From Actinomycetales bacterium (GTDB lineage Bacteria > Actinomycetota > Actinomycetes > Actinomycetales > CAVURS01), in contig JBJMHS010000008.1 of the NCBI GenBank assembly GCA_045807245.1, positions 1 through 64,000 of the forward strand: 64,000 nt of DNA, in the 5' to 3' direction. Each line of letters begins with the position of its first letter. The stretch's first letter is position 1. Shown piece after piece: positions 59,487-64,000 of the stretch. Position numbers and translations under genes: made by a program. The notes beneath the pieces are model-generated. The model searched no databases, had not been told where the DNA came from, and was given only the letters and a program-made list of their open reading frames with translations.

Positions 59487-61193
59487 ATGCGCAGACGCGC
59501 CGTTGTCCTGTCCGTCGCGGCGTTGGCCGTCGCCGTTCTCACCCCGGTCACAGGCGGCGCCGCGTTCGCCGACGGCAACCCGATCAGCGGCGGTACTGGC
59601 GTGTACGGCGCCGTGACCGTGGGCACGTACGTCGAGCAGACCTTCACCCTGACCGCTGCCGACCCCACGCTGACCGTGTCCGGTGCGGCGACCGTCACCG
59701 GCGCGAACCCGGATGCGTTCAAGATCACCGACGACAGCTGCAACGGCGTCAGCCTGAGCGTCGGTGAGACCTGCACCGTCACCGTTGCGGCTGCGCCCCA
59801 GGCCGGCGGCAACCAGACCGCACAGCTCTCCATCCCGGACAGCTCGGCCTCCGGCAGCGAGTCCATGGCGCTCAGCGTCAACGGGTTCTGGCCCAACCAA
59901 GGCGACTACTACCCGATCTCGACCGCACGGATCCTCGACACCCGGATCCACGTCGGCCAGGCCACGAACACGCCGGTCGCGAAGGGGAGCACCCTCACGC
60001 TCCAGGTCACTGGCCGTGGTGGTGTGCCGGTGACGGACGTCGCGGCGGTGGCGCTCAACGTCACCGTGGTGGCGCCCGCGTCCGGTGGCTACGTCACGGT
60101 GTACCCGAGCGGCCTGACCCGGCCCGGAGTGTCCAACGTCAACTTCGCCGCCGGTCACACCATCGCGAACCAGGTCACCGTCCCGGTGGGCGCGGACGGC
60201 GCGGTCAAGATCTACAACGGCGGCGGTACGGCGCATCTGGTCGCCGACGTGATGGGTTGGTACGCCAAGGACGACACCGTGCCCGGTGCCGGCTATGGGC
60301 AGTCGTACCACCTGGTCCAGCCCGAGCGGCTCATTGACAGCCGCCAGGCCTTCGGCAAGCTGCCGGCGCACGAGTGGTTCGATCTCGACGTCTCGTACGG
60401 CGATCCCTGGAACGCCTCGATGTCCGCGTTCGCCATGACCGTCACCGCGGTGAACCCCGGCGCAGGTGGCTACCTCACGGCGTACCGGCCCGGCTCCAGC
60501 CCCACCACCACCTCGACGCTGAACTTCCGCCCCGGTGTCGTGACGCCGAACCTGGCCATCGTGCGGACCGCTCCCTGCAACGGCAGCTGGTGCGAGCCGG
60601 GTGACCCCATTATCCGCATCTACAACGGCTCGTCGGAGCCGGTGGACGTCCTGGTCGACGCCGTCGGGTTGTACGCCGACACCACGCTCGAGAACGGCTT
60701 GCGGTACCGGCCGCTGACACCGACGCGCATCGTCGACACCCGCGTGTCCAAGGGGGCGACCACACTGTTCACCGGCTCGACCCGGCTGGTGACCGCGCCG
60801 TCGTCCGTCGCCGGCGACGACACTTTCGCGCTGTCCGCCAACGTCACCGCGATCAGGCCGACCATGCAGACCTACCTCACGCTGTGGCCGCAGTACAGCA
60901 ACTTCCCGCGACCGACGGTCAGCCAGCTCAACCCGGCGGCGGGCAGCACGGTGGCGAACTCGGTGGCACTCGAGGTCGGCGCGGGAAACAAGTTCAACGT
61001 CTACAACCACGCCGGCACCGTGGACGTGGCAGTCGATGTCTCAGGCAGCTTCGAGATGTTCCCGCCCTTCCAGCCGACGCCTGCTTTCGCCGGCCAGGCG
61101 GGTTCCGGCTCGGCGCTCGCTGCTCCGGTCCGACCGGCACTGGGCGTTCTCCCGTCGGCCCCCGGCCCGGCGCTGGTGCACCGCCAGCCGTAG
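59487..61193 (+). CDS. Secreted protein: Ig-like domain plus three actinobacterial beta-repeats
   Basis: Signal peptide; repeats RILDTR / RLIDSR / RIVDTR. Confidence 0.88.
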   Translation: MRRRAVVLSVAALAVAVLTPVTGGAAFADGNPISGGTGVYGAVTVGTYVEQTFTLTAADPTLTVSGAATVTGANPDAFKITDDSCNGVSLSVGETCTVTVAAAPQAGGNQTAQLSIPDSSASGSESMALSVNGFWPNQGDYYPISTARILDTRIHVGQATNTPVAKGSTLTLQVTGRGGVPVTDVAAVALNVTVVAPASGGYVTVYPSGLTRPGVSNVNFAAGHTIANQVTVPVGADGAVKIYNGGGTAHLVADVMGWYAKDDTVPGAGYGQSYHLVQPERLIDSRQAFGKLPAHEWFDLDVSYGDPWNASMSAFAMTVTAVNPGAGGYLTAYRPGSSPTTTSTLNFRPGVVTPNLAIVRTAPCNGSWCEPGDPIIRIYNGSSEPVDVLVDAVGLYADTTLENGLRYRPLTPTRIVDTRVSKGATTLFTGSTRLVTAPSSVAGDDTFALSANVTAIRPTMQTYLTLWPQYSNFPRPTVSQLNPAAGSTVANSVALEVGAGNKFNVYNHAGTVDVAVDVSGSFEMFPPFQPTPAFAGQAGSGSALAAPVRPALGVLPSAPGPALVHRQP

Positions 61194-61230
61194 CAGTTGT
61201 CGTGCCGGTCGGCGTCCGTACGCTGACCGC

Positions 61231-61905
61231 ATGAGGATCGACAACGAGTTCACGGTGGGCGCGCCGCTGGAGCAGGCCTGGGCGGTGCTCACCGACCTCG
61301 AGGGGGTCGCCCCCTGCATGCCGGGCGCGGTGCTGACCGGCCGCGACGGCGACACCTACAGCGGCAAGGTGAAGATCAAGGTCGGGCCGGTGACCTCGGA
61401 GTACGCCGGCACCGCGATGTTCGTCGAGAAGGACGAGACGGCGCACCATGCGGTCATCGACGCCAAGGGGCGCGACTCCCGGGGGGCCGGCAACGCGTCA
61501 GCGGTGATCACCGCCGACCTCGCCGCCGCCGGCTCCGACGGTACGACGACCAAGGTCACCGTCTCGACCGACCTCAAGATCACCGGCCGGATCGCCCAGT
61601 TCGGCAGCGGGATGATCAACGAGGTCTCGCGCAAGCTGCTGGGCCAGTTCGTGGACTGCCTGGAGACCAAGCTGGCGACGCCGGGCGGTGATGGCGCTGC
61701 GGTCGCCACGGCTGCGCCGCCCGAGCCGACCCGCGCACTCGACCCCACTTCCGCACTGGAGCCGAGGCCGGCACCGGGACCGACGCCGGAGCCTCAGGCG
61801 CTCGACGTGCTGGCCCTGTCCCGTGGCGCGATGGCCAAGCGGCTCGTCCCGCTGCTGGCGGGCGTCATCGTGCTGGCAGTCGTGGTCTATCTGCTCGTGC
61901 GCTGA
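61231..61905 (+). CDS. CoxG-like SRPBCC protein with C-terminal TM
   Basis: MRIDNEFTV...AWAVLTDLEGVAPCMPGA...GRIAQFG; leaderless TACGCT. Confidence 0.9.
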   Translation: MRIDNEFTVGAPLEQAWAVLTDLEGVAPCMPGAVLTGRDGDTYSGKVKIKVGPVTSEYAGTAMFVEKDETAHHAVIDAKGRDSRGAGNASAVITADLAAAGSDGTTTKVTVSTDLKITGRIAQFGSGMINEVSRKLLGQFVDCLETKLATPGGDGAAVATAAPPEPTRALDPTSALEPRPAPGPTPEPQALDVLALSRGAMAKRLVPLLAGVIVLAVVVYLLVR

Positions 61906-62044
61906 ACCGCTGAAGGCCTGGGCGGGACGTGCCGAAGGTTGACGCACGCCGTCGACCAGCCGGGGCGTGTAGCGTCCTAGACCGGCCGACATCCAGGGGG
62001 GTCGCTGCACGGCGACCGCCCGCGACCGCTGCTGGGAGCTCCAC

Positions 62045-63391
62045 ATGGGTCACCGCCTGACCGTCCTGCTCACGGCCTCGGTGGTCGCCGCCTCGGGCCT
62101 CGCGGTCACCGCGACGCCGGCCTTCTCGGCCGCGCCGGCCGCCGCCCGGACCGCCGCGCTGGCCGCCTCGACCGCCGGTGAGTTCACACCGGTCGGCCCC
62201 AACCGCATCCTGGACACCCGCATCGGGCAGGGCCTGGTCAGCAAGATCGGTGCCGGCAGCACGCGCACCCTGCAGGTGACCGGCGCCGGTGGCGTGCCCG
62301 GCGGCGGCCAGGCCGCGGCAGTGGTTTTCAACCTCACGGTGACGAACCCCAGCGCGTCGTCGTACGTCACGGTTTGGCCGACCGGCGCGAGCCGGCCGAC
62401 GGCCTCGAACATCAACTTCCGCGCCGGTTGGACCGGCGCCAACCTGGTGACGGTCGGGCTCGGGACCAACGGCCAGGTGAACTTCTACAACAAGGCCGGC
62501 AGCGTCGACGTCATCGGCGATGTGGTGGGCTGGTACTCGTCCGCGAGCGCTACCGGCACCGGCAACTTCCAGGTGCTCGGTACGCCGACCCGGCTCTGGG
62601 ACTCGCGGCCCTCGTCCACGATCCCTGGTAACCACGTGCCGATGGCCGGTGGCGACAAGCTGACCATCCCGATCGACGTGAGCCAGGGCACGACGAGCGC
62701 CAACGCGCACGTCAAAGCCGTCGTCGTGAGCCTGACTGCGGTCAACCCGGACTCCGGTGGCCACCTGACCGCGTGGTCCGGCTCAGGCAGCCCACCCACG
62801 GCGTCGGTCCTGAACTACTCGGCCGGGTCCGTCGTACCCAACCTCGCCGTCGTACCGACAACGTTGTGCTGCGGCGGTTTTCCGTCGTTCACGATCCTGA
62901 ACTCGTCCAACGGGCACACCAACATCCTGGTCGACCTGTGGGGCTTCTACGACGACGGCGGCCTCAGCGGCGGCCTGAAGTTCAAGTCCTTGTCGGCGCC
63001 GATCCGGATCGTGGACACGCGCACCGGACTCGGCGGCGCCAGCACGCTGGGGACCGGCTCGACCCGGCACATCCTGGCCCCGGGATCGGTGGCGGGGGCG
63101 CCGACCCAGCTGCTCGTCCAGAACGTCACCTCGATCCCCAGCGCGAACACGTACCTCACGTTCTGGCCGGCCGGGCAGAGCCGGCCCACGGTCAGCAACC
63201 TGAACCCGCGCGCCAACCACGTGGTCGCCGGCCTGGCCTACACCGGCGTCGGTGCGAGCAACGACTTCAGCTTCTACAACTACTCCGGCGCCGACGACGT
63301 GGTCGTGGACGTCGCGGGCAGCATGGAGGCGGACAGCGGCGCGGGGCCGGCCGGTGCAGGCGCGGTGGCGGTGGCACCGGTCGCGCACTAG
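62045..63391 (+). CDS. Secreted protein of three actinobacterial beta-repeats
   Basis: Signal peptide; RILDTR / RLWDSR / RIVDTR repeats. Confidence 0.88.
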   Translation: MGHRLTVLLTASVVAASGLAVTATPAFSAAPAAARTAALAASTAGEFTPVGPNRILDTRIGQGLVSKIGAGSTRTLQVTGAGGVPGGGQAAAVVFNLTVTNPSASSYVTVWPTGASRPTASNINFRAGWTGANLVTVGLGTNGQVNFYNKAGSVDVIGDVVGWYSSASATGTGNFQVLGTPTRLWDSRPSSTIPGNHVPMAGGDKLTIPIDVSQGTTSANAHVKAVVVSLTAVNPDSGGHLTAWSGSGSPPTASVLNYSAGSVVPNLAVVPTTLCCGGFPSFTILNSSNGHTNILVDLWGFYDDGGLSGGLKFKSLSAPIRIVDTRTGLGGASTLGTGSTRHILAPGSVAGAPTQLLVQNVTSIPSANTYLTFWPAGQSRPTVSNLNPRANHVVAGLAYTGVGASNDFSFYNYSGADDVVVDVAGSMEADSGAGPAGAGAVAVAPVAH

Positions 63392-63460
63392 AGGTCGGCG
63401 GCAGCGCAGACGGAGATCAGAACCAGCCGATCCCGGGCTCAGACCCGGCCGAGGCCCGGC

Positions 63461-64000
63461 TCAGATCCAGCTGGGGAACCACATCCGCCGCGCCCAGTCG
63501 GCGTACGGGATCACCTGGGCCGTGTAGATCGGCCAGTAGAAGAAGAACAGCACCACGGTCAGCACCAGGTAGGCGCCGACGGCGGTCCCGGCCCAGAGCC
63601 GGCGTCGCGACGAGGCGCCAGGGGGGCCGAGGGCGAGCCCGATCACGTACACGACGGCCAGGACGATCCACGGCGCGAACGCGACCGAGTAGAACGTGAA
63701 GATCGTCCGGTGCTCGTACTGGAACCAGGGGACGTAGCCGGCCAGCAGTCCGGACAGTACGGCGCCCGCTCGCCAGTCCCGCCGCAGCGCCCACATGAAG
63801 AGCAGCACGAGCAGGGCCAGGGTGGCGCCCCACCAGATCGACGGCGTGCCCAGCGAGGTGATCGCCTTGGAGCACTGCGCGACGGTGCAGCCGTCCTGCC
63901 CCTTGGTCGGCGACTCGTAGAAGAACGACGTCGGCCGGCCCTGGATGAGCCAGCTCCACGGGTTCGCGCGGTACACGTGGAACGAGTCCAGGTGCGTGTG
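63461..64000 (-). CDS. pmt: Protein O-mannosyltransferase, C-terminal part (gene runs off the window)
   Basis: HVYRANPWSW...RP...LGTPSIWW...PWF...RTIFTFY...FFYWPI...WFPSWI. Confidence 0.9.
   Translation of the reverse strand, partial: HTHLDSFHVYRANPWSWLIQGRPTSFFYESPTKGQDGCTVAQCSKAITSLGTPSIWWGATLALLVLLFMWALRRDWRAGAVLSGLLAGYVPWFQYEHRTIFTFYSVAFAPWIVLAVVYVIGLALGPPGASSRRRLWAGTAVGAYLVLTVVLFFFYWPIYTAQVIPYADWARRMWFPSWI

Noticed and set aside
59442..61010. Long antisense ORFs here and opposite the Rhs, LuxR and GGDEF genes
   Set aside because: Expected shadow frames in high-GC DNA, with no motifs
1..64000. CRISPR array or cas genes
   Set aside because: No regularly spaced direct repeats and no cas motifs seen

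Overview
High-GC actinobacterial DNA. About 1-52.1 kb reads as a mosaic accessory island: decayed genes, many AT-richer tracts, att-like scars, and no integrase inside the window. From about 52.1 kb to the end the genes look like host chromosome: ScyD/ScyE, LuxR-ATPase, DUF4242, GGDEF-EAL, secreted repeat proteins, CoxG-like and Pmt. The island holds two candidate undescribed systems. (i) A seven-gene minus-strand cluster at 832-7114: radical SAM, DPPW amino-methyltransferase, ASCH and NMP-kinase-like genes, followed by a DUF6932 nucleotidyltransferase, an XRE-ImmA/IrrE fusion and DUF4186. It suggests nucleotide modification or anti-phage defence. (ii) An XRE-HTH/TPR regulator divergent from an unannotated 41-aa secreted propeptide ending DSWPLCC, separated by twin CACA-N5-TGTG palindromes. 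This is an RRNPP-like peptide-signalling layout, and it sits just upstream of an Rhs toxin. The island also carries two Sec-type Rhs toxins with membrane-active-looking tips and small membrane immunity candidates, one intact and one truncated lsr2, and a dense field of leaderless small membrane-protein genes. An IS481 with a 16-bp target duplication sits at a tRNA-Arg(CCT) 3' fragment, and several eroded copies of one two-gene module end in a tRNA-3'-like att sequence. All family assignments come from motif recognition by eye, not from database searches.
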